From: a virus
Strand: one strand, 5' to 3'
DNA: 64,000 bases
Virus record (IMG/VR): IMGVR_UViG_3300025896_001356
Span: 1 to 64,000 of that record
The notes below the pieces were generated by a model. It was not told the origin of the DNA. It did no database searches and worked only from the letters and a program-made list of their open reading frames with translations. Each line of letters starts with the position of its first letter. Position 1 is the first letter of the stretch. Below are positions 47,681 through 57,168 of this stretch, one piece after another. The position numbers and the translations under genes are program-made.

Positions 47681-48019
47681 ATGGATAATCAAGTAAACAT
47701 TACAGATGCAGCATACGCCAAGGTTAAGGAGATTATCTCCGAAGATGCCAAATTGGAAGGTGTAGCATTGCGTATTTTTGTGCAAGGTGGCGGATGTTCG
47801 GGCATGGAATATGGCTTTACATTTGATGCAGATGTGAACGACGACGACTTTAATTTTGAGCAAAATGGTATCAAGGTCTCAATTGATTCGATGAGCATGA
47901 CATATCTAACAAATGCAGTCATTGACTACAAAGAAGATTTAAACGGTTCAAGATTTTCAATTGAAAATCCAAATGCACAAACTACATGCGGTTGCGGTAG
48001 TTCTTTTAGTCCGAGCTAA
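47681..48019 (+). CDS. erpA: A-type Fe-S cluster carrier (ErpA/IscA/HesB)
   Basis: [21 protein letters not shown]...[17 protein letters not shown]. Confidence 0.92.
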   Translation: MDNQVNITDAAYAKVKEIISEDAKLEGVALRIFVQGGGCSGMEYGFTFDADVNDDDFNFEQNGIKVSIDSMSMTYLTNAVIDYKEDLNGSRFSIENPNAQTTCGCGSSFSPS

Positions 48020-48021
48020 TT

Positions 48022-48246
48022 ATGGAAATTGATTACCTCTCAATGACGTTTGACCAACTTATGGAGCGGCAACGTATGATCACTAAAAAATACAACGCTG
48101 CATATTCTGGCGGTGCAAGTCAAGAAGTTAAAAATCAAATTTTAAATCATATGGATGCTATTCGGCAAGCCATGTATGAAATTGGCTACAAGCAAAGTTT
48201 TGCAGCAAGTGATAGTGATGATCCATTCAAAGACAGCATTATCTAA
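48022..48246 (+). CDS. hypothetical protein
   Basis: 74-aa ORF. Confidence 0.7.
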   Translation: MEIDYLSMTFDQLMERQRMITKKYNAAYSGGASQEVKNQILNHMDAIRQAMYEIGYKQSFAASDSDDPFKDSII

Positions 48247-48247
48247 C

Positions 48248-48724
48248 ATGCCAACTACAACATTAGTGGAGAATGATTTGGTAGAATTATTGTACCAAGG
48301 TAAAATGGGATTGCTTACAGCGGATCGTAGTCTACTAACAACTTATGATGCTGGTTGTTCTGCATTGGGGCAGAATAAAGTGTTTAGTGTTGTCGAGCTA
48401 CCAGAATCAGTTGAAGAAGCAGTTAAGCAATGGAATATTCCTGCACATATCGAAGAACTTGATTTAGACGTTTACTTTGCAACCAAGGTAGAAACGTTGG
48501 AAGAAGCCTTGCGAGTAGTAGAAGAATTGAGATTGTATAGAGAAAAGAAAATGATACCAATGCTTAGATTTATGATCTATTTGGTAGAGGTAATGAAGGG
48601 CAATGATATTGTCTGGGGAGTTGGTAGAGGTAGTTCAGTTAGTTCCTTTCTATTGTATTTGGCAGGACTACATAGTATCAACTCGGTTAAGTATAATTTA
48701 GATATCAAGGAGTTTATTAGATGA
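48248..48724 (+). CDS. DNA polymerase III alpha (DnaE) fragment (split gene piece)
   Basis: RVVEEL, IYLVEVM..NDIVWGVGRGSSVSSFLLYLAGL..I..VKYNLD..EF. Ends just before the PDID motif. Confidence 0.8.
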   Translation: MPTTTLVENDLVELLYQGKMGLLTADRSLLTTYDAGCSALGQNKVFSVVELPESVEEAVKQWNIPAHIEELDLDVYFATKVETLEEALRVVEELRLYREKKMIPMLRFMIYLVEVMKGNDIVWGVGRGSSVSSFLLYLAGLHSINSVKYNLDIKEFIR

Positions 48725-49110
48725 GCAATTCACGGTACAAAACGCACACTGGACGAGAGTTCAACATGAGTGCGTTCGCTGAAAAAAATGGTGATACAAG
48801 GGCCGTTGGTAATGTATCAATGAACGCCCGCGGAGATATTGTAGATGCAAAGGGCAATGTAAAAATTCCCACACAAACAATATCACGTGCATTAGCAGAT
48901 ATTAAAAATAATGAGAGCAAAACTGTTAGCCTAAAAGCTGATGAAAGCATTACTCCAGTTCAGAATAATCCAGTACGTGCTGACAATATTCCTACTATAG
49001 TAGCTTCGCGCGAAGTTAATACCATTGATGGCCCTGCGACAGAAGTTGAATATTCCGATGGCAGCATGCAGGTTATTCCAAAAGTACAATCAACCCCAAC
49101 GAGCCTATAA
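48721..49110 (+). CDS. hypothetical protein
   Basis: RAVGNVSMNARGDIVD; coupled to groES. Confidence 0.75.
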   Translation: MSNSRYKTHTGREFNMSAFAEKNGDTRAVGNVSMNARGDIVDAKGNVKIPTQTISRALADIKNNESKTVSLKADESITPVQNNPVRADNIPTIVASREVNTIDGPATEVEYSDGSMQVIPKVQSTPTSL

Positions 49111-49484
49111 TGCAAACAATTAGACCTTTACAAAATCGCGTCCTTGCTGAACTAATGGGGCTTGATGACCGTGTTACTGCCAGCGGCATTATTATCAAAT
49201 CCGAAGATGGCAAGGATCGCGGAGTACGACCGCGCTGGGCCAAAGTACGCTTAGTAGGCGAAGGCATTGATTGGGTACAGCCCGGACAGTATGTATTAGT
49301 ATCACATGGTCGATGGAGCAGACAATTTGAAACTGAGCATCTGGGTGAGAAACTCAAGCTAGTCTACCTTGACAACAAAGAAGTATTGGCTGTATCGGAT
49401 TCTGATCCAATGGACGACTTTGTAGGTGTTGGTATTGATACTGCCCCAACCATTCACCGCGCAGAAGATTTCGGCGCAAATTAA
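49110..49484 (+). CDS. groES: GroES-like co-chaperonin
   Basis: IRPLQNRVL...TASGIII, VGEG...VQPGQYVL. Confidence 0.85.
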   Translation: MQTIRPLQNRVLAELMGLDDRVTASGIIIKSEDGKDRGVRPRWAKVRLVGEGIDWVQPGQYVLVSHGRWSRQFETEHLGEKLKLVYLDNKEVLAVSDSDPMDDFVGVGIDTAPTIHRAEDFGAN

Positions 49485-49522
49485 ACTTGACACATGTTGC
49501 GGGTATATGCTATACTTGCAAC

Positions 49523-49699
49523 ATGAAAACAGATAAATGTAGTACCTGCAATAAAGCATATTCAGTAAGCTGCGACTACAATCAGGGCCGCTGCCCGATG
49601 CATCCTCCATATTTTCCTGACTTCCCAGAGTACCATCTACGGTATCTCAATCTGGGCCAATCTATTAAAAATCTTTGGAACAAGTTATGGAAGAAATGA
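49523..49699 (+). CDS. small Cys-containing hypothetical protein
   Basis: CSTC..CDYNQGRCPMHP; preceded by TTGACA-18 nt-TATACT (49487..49516). Confidence 0.6.
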   Translation: MKTDKCSTCNKAYSVSCDYNQGRCPMHPPYFPDFPEYHLRYLNLGQSIKNLWNKLWKK

Positions 49700-49756
49700 G
49701 AGTTGCAAAACTTTGCTGAAGATGTTATAATAGCTAAACTAAAAGGAAACTGAAAC

Positions 49757-49930
49757 ATGACAATTGAAATCCAACCCAAAGACACTAGTAGAAATCATTT
49801 CTATGTAAGTTTAGCTAAGAGCTTGATTCGTATTATTGCAGGTGGTGCGCTGCTTGCTGGTCACATTGCAGAAGCAGGTGGCCTGCTTATTTTAGCAGAA
49901 GTGCTTGGCATTGCAGAGGAAATTGTATGA
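49757..49930 (+). CDS. small membrane protein (57 aa, not in the ORF track)
   Basis: HFYVSLAKSLIRIIAGGALL...LAEVLGIAEEIV*. Confidence 0.7.
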   Translation: MTIEIQPKDTSRNHFYVSLAKSLIRIIAGGALLAGHIAEAGGLLILAEVLGIAEEIV

Positions 49931-50118
49931 ATAGTGTTACACTAAATCGAAAGCAGATTGCGCAGTTGATCGAGATTGCCACTAAGTTTACAGAAACAGA
50001 AAATTTTACCATTGAATCAGAAAGTCTAAGTGGCATTGGGCCAAATATAGCAATCAGATTTGATTTGTTTGAAACATCTGATACAAAAATTGATATTACA
50101 GATGTGAGTACTTGGTAA
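49927..50118 (+). CDS. hypothetical protein
   Basis: 63-aa coupled ORF. Confidence 0.7.
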   Translation: MNSVTLNRKQIAQLIEIATKFTETENFTIESESLSGIGPNIAIRFDLFETSDTKIDITDVSTW

Positions 50119-50435
50119 TGTTTAATTGGTTTAAACGTGAGCCAGTAGAACAGACTACTGCAACTGATGACATGATGCTTGGCGACTATCCAGGACATGT
50201 ACCGCCAAGACCCATTCCAACACCGTCTAAGCCGCTCATGCCGCCCGTGACCCAAGAAGCAGTATATACCATTGGGGTTAACTCCGAAGGTGCAACCCAA
50301 TTTCGAATAAAAATGGATTATGGTTCGGCTACACTAACAATGACTACTGCAGGTGTCATTGATTTAATTGAAGATTTAGCACATTCGATTCGCAAGGATT
50401 ATAATGTAGTAATTGTTCCAGAGGATGAAGCATGA
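50112..50435 (+). CDS. hypothetical protein
   Basis: 107-aa ORF. Confidence 0.65.
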   Translation: MVMFNWFKREPVEQTTATDDMMLGDYPGHVPPRPIPTPSKPLMPPVTQEAVYTIGVNSEGATQFRIKMDYGSATLTMTTAGVIDLIEDLAHSIRKDYNVVIVPEDEA

Positions 50436-50635
50436 ATGCAACAGACGTAATTGGCCGTATTATGCAACTAACAGAATTTACGGTTACAACCAAGTGTATT
50501 GGTACATTGCAATTCAACGGAGTTGTGCCGTTTGATTTGACAATCAAAGACAATGTAGTAACTGCAAAGGTATTGGCAGTTACATTTGATGAAGCAGTTG
50601 CAACACTGCATAACTTCCTGTATCCAAATGGCTAG
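50432..50635 (+). CDS. hypothetical protein
   Basis: 67-aa coupled ORF. Confidence 0.65.
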   Translation: MNATDVIGRIMQLTEFTVTTKCIGTLQFNGVVPFDLTIKDNVVTAKVLAVTFDEAVATLHNFLYPNG

Positions 50636-50885
50636 TCTAGCTGAGTACTTTGCCGCCAACCGTTATAACGGCAAGTGGCAAATTGGTGACAGAGTGTTTG
50701 GTTATTACAACAAGATTCCCTTTGTTGGCTCTGTAGGCAATGACACATTGATCAATGAACTAATTGGTCCACAAGTATCTATACATTTGGATTTACCAAT
50801 CAAGTTGACAGATAAGCTGCAAAATGTTATAATACTAACAGGTAAAGATATTAAAACGTTGAAAAAACTAATCGAGTACAAATAA
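50628..50885 (+). CDS. hypothetical protein (SH3-like)
   Basis: WQIGDRVFG..NKIPFVGSV. Confidence 0.65.
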   Translation: MASLAEYFAANRYNGKWQIGDRVFGYYNKIPFVGSVGNDTLINELIGPQVSIHLDLPIKLTDKLQNVIILTGKDIKTLKKLIEYK

Positions 50886-50887
50886 TT

Positions 50888-51052
50888 ATGGAAAATAAAA
50901 ACCTAACAGATGCACTGATTCAGCTGCATGGCATTGCACGTTTAATCGAAGGCGAGATTGGAACTGGAGCACTCAGCGAAGATATTCGTAAGTGTGCAGA
51001 TAGACTTAGTGCATTGCTAAAACCGTATGTACAAGAAAAGGAAGCAGCATGA
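50888..51052 (+). CDS. small hypothetical protein (54 aa, not in the ORF track)
   Basis: MENKNLTDALIQLHGIAR...DIRKCADRLS...; ATGA-coupled to the clamp loader gene. Confidence 0.65.
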   Translation: MENKNLTDALIQLHGIARLIEGEIGTGALSEDIRKCADRLSALLKPYVQEKEAA

Positions 51053-51972
51053 AAGAGCTATGGGTTGAAAAGTATCGACCAAAAACTACAAGCGACTATG
51101 TATGGATTGACAATGATCAAAAGCACATGGTTGCAACTTGGATTAAAGACAAGTATATTCCGCATTTGTTGTTGGCAGGTAAAGCAGGCGCTGGTAAGAC
51201 TACACTGGCCAAAGTGCTTGTAAATGAACTTGGAGTTGATCCAAGCGAGTTTATGCATATCAACGCAAGTAGAGATAATGGAGTTGATTTCTTGCGTACT
51301 AAAATTAATAATTTCTGTAGCACTATGTCCAATGGACCGTTTAAGGTTGTGCTATTAGATGAAGCTGACTACATTACCCCTCCAGCACAAGGTATTTTGC
51401 GCGGTATGTTAGAGCAGTATCACGAAGGTGTACGATTTGTATTAACTTGTAACTATCCACAAAAGATTATTCCAGCATTACACAGTCGTTTACAAACTAT
51501 CAGTTTCAAGACACTTGATCAAGAGCAATTTGCTGCCCGGTTAGCTTGGATTTTGTACACTGAAAATGTTGACTTTGATAAAGACACGTTAGACACGTAT
51601 GTCAAGGCATGCTATCCAGATCTGCGTAAAGCAATCAATACTGCACAAATGCGCAGTACCTCAGGTAAATTAGAAGCACCAAAGGAAGAAGAAGGCGAAA
51701 GCGATTACAAATTGGCAATGGTTGATTTGTTTAGGCAAGGCCGTATTCGCGAAGCTCGCAATCTAATTATTAAGCAAATTAATTTAGACGAATACGAAGA
51801 CATGTATCGCTTCATGTATCGCAATCTTGATTTATGGGGCAATGACGTAGATAAGCAAGATAGTGCGTTGTTGCTGATTCGTAAGGGACTGGTTAATCAT
51901 AGTATGGCTGCTGATGCAGAGATTAACTTGTCAGCTACATTTGTTGAACTGGAGCGTTTATATCGTGGATAA
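51049..51972 (+). CDS. sliding clamp loader subunit (RFC/T4 gp44-like)
   Basis: LWVEKYRP, GKAGAGKTT, INAS, VLLDEAD, LHSRL, PDLRKAIN. Confidence 0.95.
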   Translation: MKELWVEKYRPKTTSDYVWIDNDQKHMVATWIKDKYIPHLLLAGKAGAGKTTLAKVLVNELGVDPSEFMHINASRDNGVDFLRTKINNFCSTMSNGPFKVVLLDEADYITPPAQGILRGMLEQYHEGVRFVLTCNYPQKIIPALHSRLQTISFKTLDQEQFAARLAWILYTENVDFDKDTLDTYVKACYPDLRKAINTAQMRSTSGKLEAPKEEEGESDYKLAMVDLFRQGRIREARNLIIKQINLDEYEDMYRFMYRNLDLWGNDVDKQDSALLLIRKGLVNHSMAADAEINLSATFVELERLYRG

Positions 51973-52540
51973 GATCATTCTAACTGATTGTGATGGTGTC
52001 TTACTTGATTGGGAAACTGCATTCAGAGTATATGCAGAGCGGCAAGGTTATGTGTTTGACAAAAGTCATGCATCATCATACAGCATTGGCGATCAGTATA
52101 GGCTAACACACGAACAAAGTTTAGATTTAATTTCACGGTTTAACCATAGTAGCGACTTTGAATCGCTGCCTCCTTGGCGTGATGCACAAGAAGTAGTTAA
52201 ACAACTTGTAAGTGAAGGATGGCAGCTTGTTGTAATTACCACGGCCGGAACACATCCATGGACATATGGTTTGCGTATGACTAATCTTGAGAATGTATTT
52301 GGCAAAGATGCGATCCGTTCGTTACATGTATTGCCTTTGCATGGCGATAAGGGTGTAGAACTTATCAAGTACAAAGATACTGGATTGTATTGGATTGAAG
52401 ACAAGTTAAGCAATGCCGAGTTGGGTCCATGGTTTGGACTTAAATCAATATTAATGACTGCTGAATATAATAAGAATTACACGGGCCCTATTCCACGAGT
52501 AAATAACTGGAAAGACATTTATAGGATTATCAATTCATGA
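51965..52540 (+). CDS. HAD-superfamily nucleotidase-like protein (T4 30.2-like)
   Basis: ILTDCDGVLLDW, WIEDK, YN..Y..RVNNWKDI. Confidence 0.8.
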   Translation: MDKIILTDCDGVLLDWETAFRVYAERQGYVFDKSHASSYSIGDQYRLTHEQSLDLISRFNHSSDFESLPPWRDAQEVVKQLVSEGWQLVVITTAGTHPWTYGLRMTNLENVFGKDAIRSLHVLPLHGDKGVELIKYKDTGLYWIEDKLSNAELGPWFGLKSILMTAEYNKNYTGPIPRVNNWKDIYRIINS

Positions 52541-53346
52541 CATTCAGAGACCCGGCACTACTTAGAACATTCCCCAAAGAACTCGAGCCTTATAAGAGTT
52601 TAATTTTCTGCCCGCTAGATTTGCCACCACCACCAGAGTTTGACGAGAGCAGATTATTTGCATATATTGCAATGCGAGATGAGCGTGATAGAGGTACACT
52701 TGCTGGATCAGTTTCAGGTGCAACAGGTCCCATATCATTACAAAGCCCATGGCTACGTTATACTGCATCGTGGTCAAAGGAAAAGAATACTTACCCGTGG
52801 AGATTGTTACACTTGATGCGAAGTGATTTTGCAGAAGATGGCTGGGAATTTTATGATGAGTTTAAGCAGTGGTGTCCCGACCTTGCAGCTTACTTTGAGA
52901 GTTTGCCAGTTAGTGAATTTTACACAATGTCGTTGCTTAATCAAAAGGCAGGTACCGATGTTGGTATTCACACCGATCCGGATGTTTGGTTTGGTCTCCG
53001 CTTCTATGCTGTTAATCGCAGCGATGCTAAAATCTTTTTTCAAAAGGCAAAGCATCCTCAAGATAAACGCTTATTAAATATAATCCACGATGACGAAGGG
53101 AAAATCAAGCAGTTACCGTGGAGCGACCTGGTAGAGGATGAGAGGATTTACGCAAAGTATCCGCAGCCTTGTTTCCCGTTCCACTTAACTACTACTCATG
53201 CAGCACATGGAGTCGAAGCAGTACCAGAAGGGGTCGAAGATGCAAGAGTCACTGGATTTGTTATTTGCAAAGTGGACCCGGTTAAGTATGCCGAACTACT
53301 TGCCCGCAGTGTAGAAAAATACAAAGACTACGCAATTTGGTGGTAA
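52537..53346 (+). CDS. Fe(II)/2OG-type oxygenase-like protein
   Basis: GIHTDPD...AAHGV..RVT; shares PLD.P and HxDPD with 26016..26999. Confidence 0.6.
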   Translation: MTFRDPALLRTFPKELEPYKSLIFCPLDLPPPPEFDESRLFAYIAMRDERDRGTLAGSVSGATGPISLQSPWLRYTASWSKEKNTYPWRLLHLMRSDFAEDGWEFYDEFKQWCPDLAAYFESLPVSEFYTMSLLNQKAGTDVGIHTDPDVWFGLRFYAVNRSDAKIFFQKAKHPQDKRLLNIIHDDEGKIKQLPWSDLVEDERIYAKYPQPCFPFHLTTTHAAHGVEAVPEGVEDARVTGFVICKVDPVKYAELLARSVEKYKDYAIWW

Positions 53347-53347
53347 T

Positions 53348-53375
53348 GATAAAAGGAGCCTGGGCTCCTTTTATC
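53348..53375. terminator. bidirectional intrinsic terminator
   Basis: GATAAAAGGAGCC-TG-GGCTCCTTTTATC inverted repeat between convergent genes. Confidence 0.85.
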
Positions 53376-53398
53376 TTAGGTGCTAAGGTTATTAGCGA

Positions 53399-54178
53399 TT
53401 ATTCGTCATCACCATATATGCGAAGTACTTCGGATACAGCAGGATGACGTTCGACGTGTTGACGTTCGAACTTTACTAATGCCATTCTTGAACTTGGGTC
53501 GGAAGTTAATCTGTCGATAAAGTCCGCTAAACCATTTTGTTCAAATCCGCGATCATGTTGATTCAAGTCGCCGGTAATGACCATCTTAGATCCTTCGCCA
53601 ATACGAGTCAATAACATTTTCATTTGGCTAACAGTTGAGTTTTGCAACTCGTCACCAATGATAATACTATTCTTAAAAGTGCGTCCACGCATGTATGCAA
53701 GTGGTGCAATTTCAATTGTGCCTTCGATTAGCATGCCTTCAATTTGTTTGACATTCCAATAGTCACGTAGCACATCCATAATAGGACGAGTCCAAGGTGC
53801 CATTTTCTGTTCAAGTGTTCCTGGTAAGAAACCATGCTGCTCGTCAACGCTGACTGCTGGTCGTGTCACGACAATGCGATCTACTTCTCCAGACTTTAGC
53901 TGTTTAACGGCCCATAATGTAGCGATGAGTGTCTTGCCTGTGCCTGCTGGCCCTAATGCAAATACCATGTCCTTTTTGTGATTTTCGAGATGCGCAAGGT
54001 AATCCTCTTGTCGTAAATTACGTGGCGTAATTTCAACTCGTTTATATTTGGAGGGTTTAGCTTCTTCTTTTTCTCTAAAGTTATTTAGATCAATAACGGC
54101 ATTGCCGTCAAATCTACGGTCGCCGTTGCGGTCACTGTTACGATCACTCGCTGGAGTGCGTTTTTGCTGTTTTCTCAT
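53399..54178 (-). CDS. phoH: PhoH-like ATPase
   Basis: GPAGTGKT, TRPAV, GFLPG, APLAYMRGRTF, DELQN, LLTRIG, GDLNQHD, RHP. Confidence 0.95.
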   Translation of the reverse strand: MRKQQKRTPASDRNSDRNGDRRFDGNAVIDLNNFREKEEAKPSKYKRVEITPRNLRQEDYLAHLENHKKDMVFALGPAGTGKTLIATLWAVKQLKSGEVDRIVVTRPAVSVDEQHGFLPGTLEQKMAPWTRPIMDVLRDYWNVKQIEGMLIEGTIEIAPLAYMRGRTFKNSIIIGDELQNSTVSQMKMLLTRIGEGSKMVITGDLNQHDRGFEQNGLADFIDRLTSDPSSRMALVKFERQHVERHPAVSEVLRIYGDDE

Positions 54179-54342
54179 CTTGCTCCTTTACAATAACTGG
54201 ATTGTTGGGCTGATAGCATAAATGTTAGATTTGTTATGTTCAACCCAACCAAGTTAGGTTGATTCATCGCTGAACCAAAAGTATTTAACCTCGGGGTGCA
54301 AACTGGGCAAGGTTATAGCAATAATATGCTAAATATCTTACT

Positions 54343-54903
54343 ATGCCAACACAAGACACCATTTATAAGAATCTGGATAATATCCACCGAAGCCCTAACG
54401 TAATCGACACATTGTCTGAGATTGACCGCGTTCTAGATCGCATGGACATCTATGCTTACGAAAACTGGATCAAAGGCGAAATCGTTGACGGCCCGTTTGT
54501 TGAGCGTCATTGGGTAGAGCTAACACTTATGTACCCGTTAAAAATGATGCCAAATCCAGATGCTGCGATGCGACTAATTAATAACGGTTGCAAAGTACAA
54601 TTTGGTAAAGATGTACTAACTGTATATAAAAAAGTAAAAGGTCCAGAAGACTTAGAAGAAGATACAGATGGTAGTCGTAGACCAAAGTTAGTTAAAAAAC
54701 AAGTATGGTTAGTAAATTTACGCATTCCAATTGCATTATTAGATGTAAGTGAAGATATCATTGATACTGATGACATTGATTACGATAGCGTAGAAAATGC
54801 CTATGATGAAGAACTTGACGGCGAGCAAGGCTTACAAGATGAAACAAATACCCCAACTCAAGAACAACCAAATGACAATCAAACAGAAGAAGTACCTACT
54901 TAA
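54343..54903 (+). CDS. hypothetical protein (acidic tail), probably late
   Basis: 186-aa ORF with TAAATA 8 nt upstream. Confidence 0.8.
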   Translation: MPTQDTIYKNLDNIHRSPNVIDTLSEIDRVLDRMDIYAYENWIKGEIVDGPFVERHWVELTLMYPLKMMPNPDAAMRLINNGCKVQFGKDVLTVYKKVKGPEDLEEDTDGSRRPKLVKKQVWLVNLRIPIALLDVSEDIIDTDDIDYDSVENAYDEELDGEQGLQDETNTPTQEQPNDNQTEEVPT

Positions 54904-55363
54904 AGAAAGCCTCAGAGCCGGCGACTTACGCGACACTATTGCTGCGTTGGTTGAGATCGACCGCTATAAACCAAAACTTGGTACAGAGTCAGACACTGTT
55001 GTACTTTGTTTTAAAGCAGATACAATCGAAGCTGCTACTGATCTCGGAGCCTTCTTAGAATGGTCCGCTGCTGGAATCGAAGATGTTGAAGTCAGTGATG
55101 CCGGGGACAAAGAAGGAAAGTTTCACGTTTATTGTGAGATCCAACGTTTACCGGGTATTAATCAAAAGATCCTTAACATTGTTAAAGATGCCGAACATAC
55201 AACTGGCCCACAAGATTGGAAGTTTGTGGCAATGGATGGCCGTCGTGCAGACTTGACATTAGGCGAATTAAATGCTACAATTATACAAGATCCAAAACTA
55301 TATGACTTACCACCAGAAAGTCGAGAGTTTTATCTACGTATGAAAAATTTAAGTAATTACTAA
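54872..55363 (+). CDS. hypothetical protein
   Basis: [10 protein letters not shown]...[10 protein letters not shown]. Confidence 0.75.
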   Translation: MTIKQKKYLLKESLRAGDLRDTIAALVEIDRYKPKLGTESDTVVLCFKADTIEAATDLGAFLEWSAAGIEDVEVSDAGDKEGKFHVYCEIQRLPGINQKILNIVKDAEHTTGPQDWKFVAMDGRRADLTLGELNATIIQDPKLYDLPPESREFYLRMKNLSNY

Positions 55364-55379
55364 CCATAAAGTTATTATA

Positions 55380-55601
55380 GTGGCAAAAGAGACCGGTTTC
55401 GTTATTAAGGGAAGTGTAGTTGAAACTCTTCCAAATGCAATCTTTAAAGTTCAACTGGAAAGTGGACCTATTATACTAGGACACTTGTCGGGTAAGATGC
55501 GCACCAATAGAATTACCATAATTCTAGGCGATGCAGTAGACATTGAGATGAGTCCGTATGATCTTACCAAAGGTCGTATTGTATACCGACATAAGTCATA
55601 A
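55380..55601 (+). CDS. infA: translation initiation factor IF-1
   Basis: [45 protein letters not shown]. Confidence 0.97.
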   Translation: MAKETGFVIKGSVVETLPNAIFKVQLESGPIILGHLSGKMRTNRITIILGDAVDIEMSPYDLTKGRIVYRHKS

Positions 55602-55612
55602 CTAATAGATAT

Positions 55613-56050
55613 ATGTGGATACTAAACTGGTTACCTGATTTTGTATTTCACCTGATTCTAATTGCAGGTGTCTTTGCTCTATTGGCCAGTTGGGTGCTGA
55701 AGTTTATTCCTTTCATTACAACGTATCGTTTACCAATACAAGTTGCAGGCATATTACTAACAGTGCTTGGTGTATGGTATGAAGGTGGTATTGCAAAGGA
55801 CAATGAGTGGAAAGTTCGCGTTGCAGAACTCGAAGTTAAAGTTGCACAAGCAGAAGCAAAATCTGCAACTGAAAATGTTAAAATTGTCACTAAAGTTGTT
55901 AAGCAATTAGAACTTGTTCGTACACGCGGCAACGATGTTATTCAATATGTCGATCGTGAAATTGTAAAATACGACAACGTTTGCCCAATTCCAAAAGAAG
56001 TTGTCAAAGCACATAACATGGCTGCTGAACGAGTAGGAGAAGCAAAATGA
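55613..56050 (+). CDS. putative inner-membrane spanin (Rz-like)
   Basis: N-terminal TM segments, periplasmic coiled coil, C-terminal Cys; directly upstream of a lipoprotein. Confidence 0.65.
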   Translation: MWILNWLPDFVFHLILIAGVFALLASWVLKFIPFITTYRLPIQVAGILLTVLGVWYEGGIAKDNEWKVRVAELEVKVAQAEAKSATENVKIVTKVVKQLELVRTRGNDVIQYVDREIVKYDNVCPIPKEVVKAHNMAAERVGEAK

Positions 56051-56313
56051 AATATATAATCGTTGCACTTGCTATTTTATTGTCTGGTTGTAGCACTGTT
56101 GTACCAATTGCGGCAAAGTTTCCAGAGGCACCATCAATTATTATGGAACGTTGCCCTGATCTTAAAAAGATAGAAACCGATACAACTGTTATGAGTATAC
56201 TAACCAAAACTGTAACTGAAAACTATACTACGTATTACGAATGTGCAGTTAAAGTAGATGCGTTCCGAAAATGGTACGAAACACAAAAAGCCATCTTTGA
56301 GAACCTCAACTAA
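56047..56313 (+). CDS. putative outer-membrane spanin lipoprotein (Rz1-like)
   Basis: Lipobox LLSGC; FP.AP...CPDL, NY..YYEC. Confidence 0.7.
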   Translation: MKYIIVALAILLSGCSTVVPIAAKFPEAPSIIMERCPDLKKIETDTTVMSILTKTVTENYTTYYECAVKVDAFRKWYETQKAIFENLN

Positions 56314-56367
56314 TCATCCTTATCAATCAACAATTTTAATCGGTACTAGCAGTACCTTGGACAAGTT

Positions 56368-57168
56368 ATGAACTACCATAAAGTTCTTGGTTTAGATACA
56401 TCTGCTACAGTAGATGAAGTCAAACAAGCATACCGCAAATTAGCAATGAAACATCACCCCGATCGTGGCGGCGATGAAAACGAATTTAAAAAAATCAAAG
56501 AAGCATACGAAAAATTGACAGCACCAGGTGGTGGACCAGATACAGGTGATTTTGATGACTTACATGAATTTTTTAAACAGGGTCAACGTGCTGGCCGACA
56601 CAATTGGTCATTTAGTAACGGATGGGATTCGGAGCCCGAGCAGGTAAAAAATCCTGATGTTAATATTGCAATACCATGTTCGCTTGAAGAAGCGCATACT
56701 GGCTTTACTAAGCAAGTTGAATTTACTTTGCCAGATGCCAATGTAAAAAATATGACTGTGACCTTCCCCGCAGGATGCACAGGTGATATTAAAATAAAAT
56801 ATGCAGGTGAAGGTGGAAGACTAATAACCTCTAGGCCACCAGGTGACTTATATGTTAAATTAAACATTGCATCCCATCCAATTTGGCGTATCCAGGGCCA
56901 GGATCTGTTTGCAACACTTCAAATAAATGTATGGCAAGCCATGTTTGGTGCAACTGTAAAGTTAACTGACATAAGCGGAACTGAAATAGAAATAACAATT
57001 CCAGCAGGCACACAATCAAGATCGCAACTTAGACTCAAAGGTAAAGGATTCAATGTTAGAGGTTCAATAGCTCGGTATAACGCATTTTTAGAAATTGTAG
57101 TGATCATCCCGGCGTTAACCGAAGATGATCTTATTAAGACAATCGTTGACTTAAAAGAGAAATTATAG
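56368..57168 (+). CDS. DnaJ/CbpA-like co-chaperone (no zinc finger)
   Basis: J-domain with HPD; C-terminal PGDLYV, IPAGTQ..LRLKGKG. Confidence 0.92.
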   Translation: MNYHKVLGLDTSATVDEVKQAYRKLAMKHHPDRGGDENEFKKIKEAYEKLTAPGGGPDTGDFDDLHEFFKQGQRAGRHNWSFSNGWDSEPEQVKNPDVNIAIPCSLEEAHTGFTKQVEFTLPDANVKNMTVTFPAGCTGDIKIKYAGEGGRLITSRPPGDLYVKLNIASHPIWRIQGQDLFATLQINVWQAMFGATVKLTDISGTEIEITIPAGTQSRSQLRLKGKGFNVRGSIARYNAFLEIVVIIPALTEDDLIKTIVDLKEKL

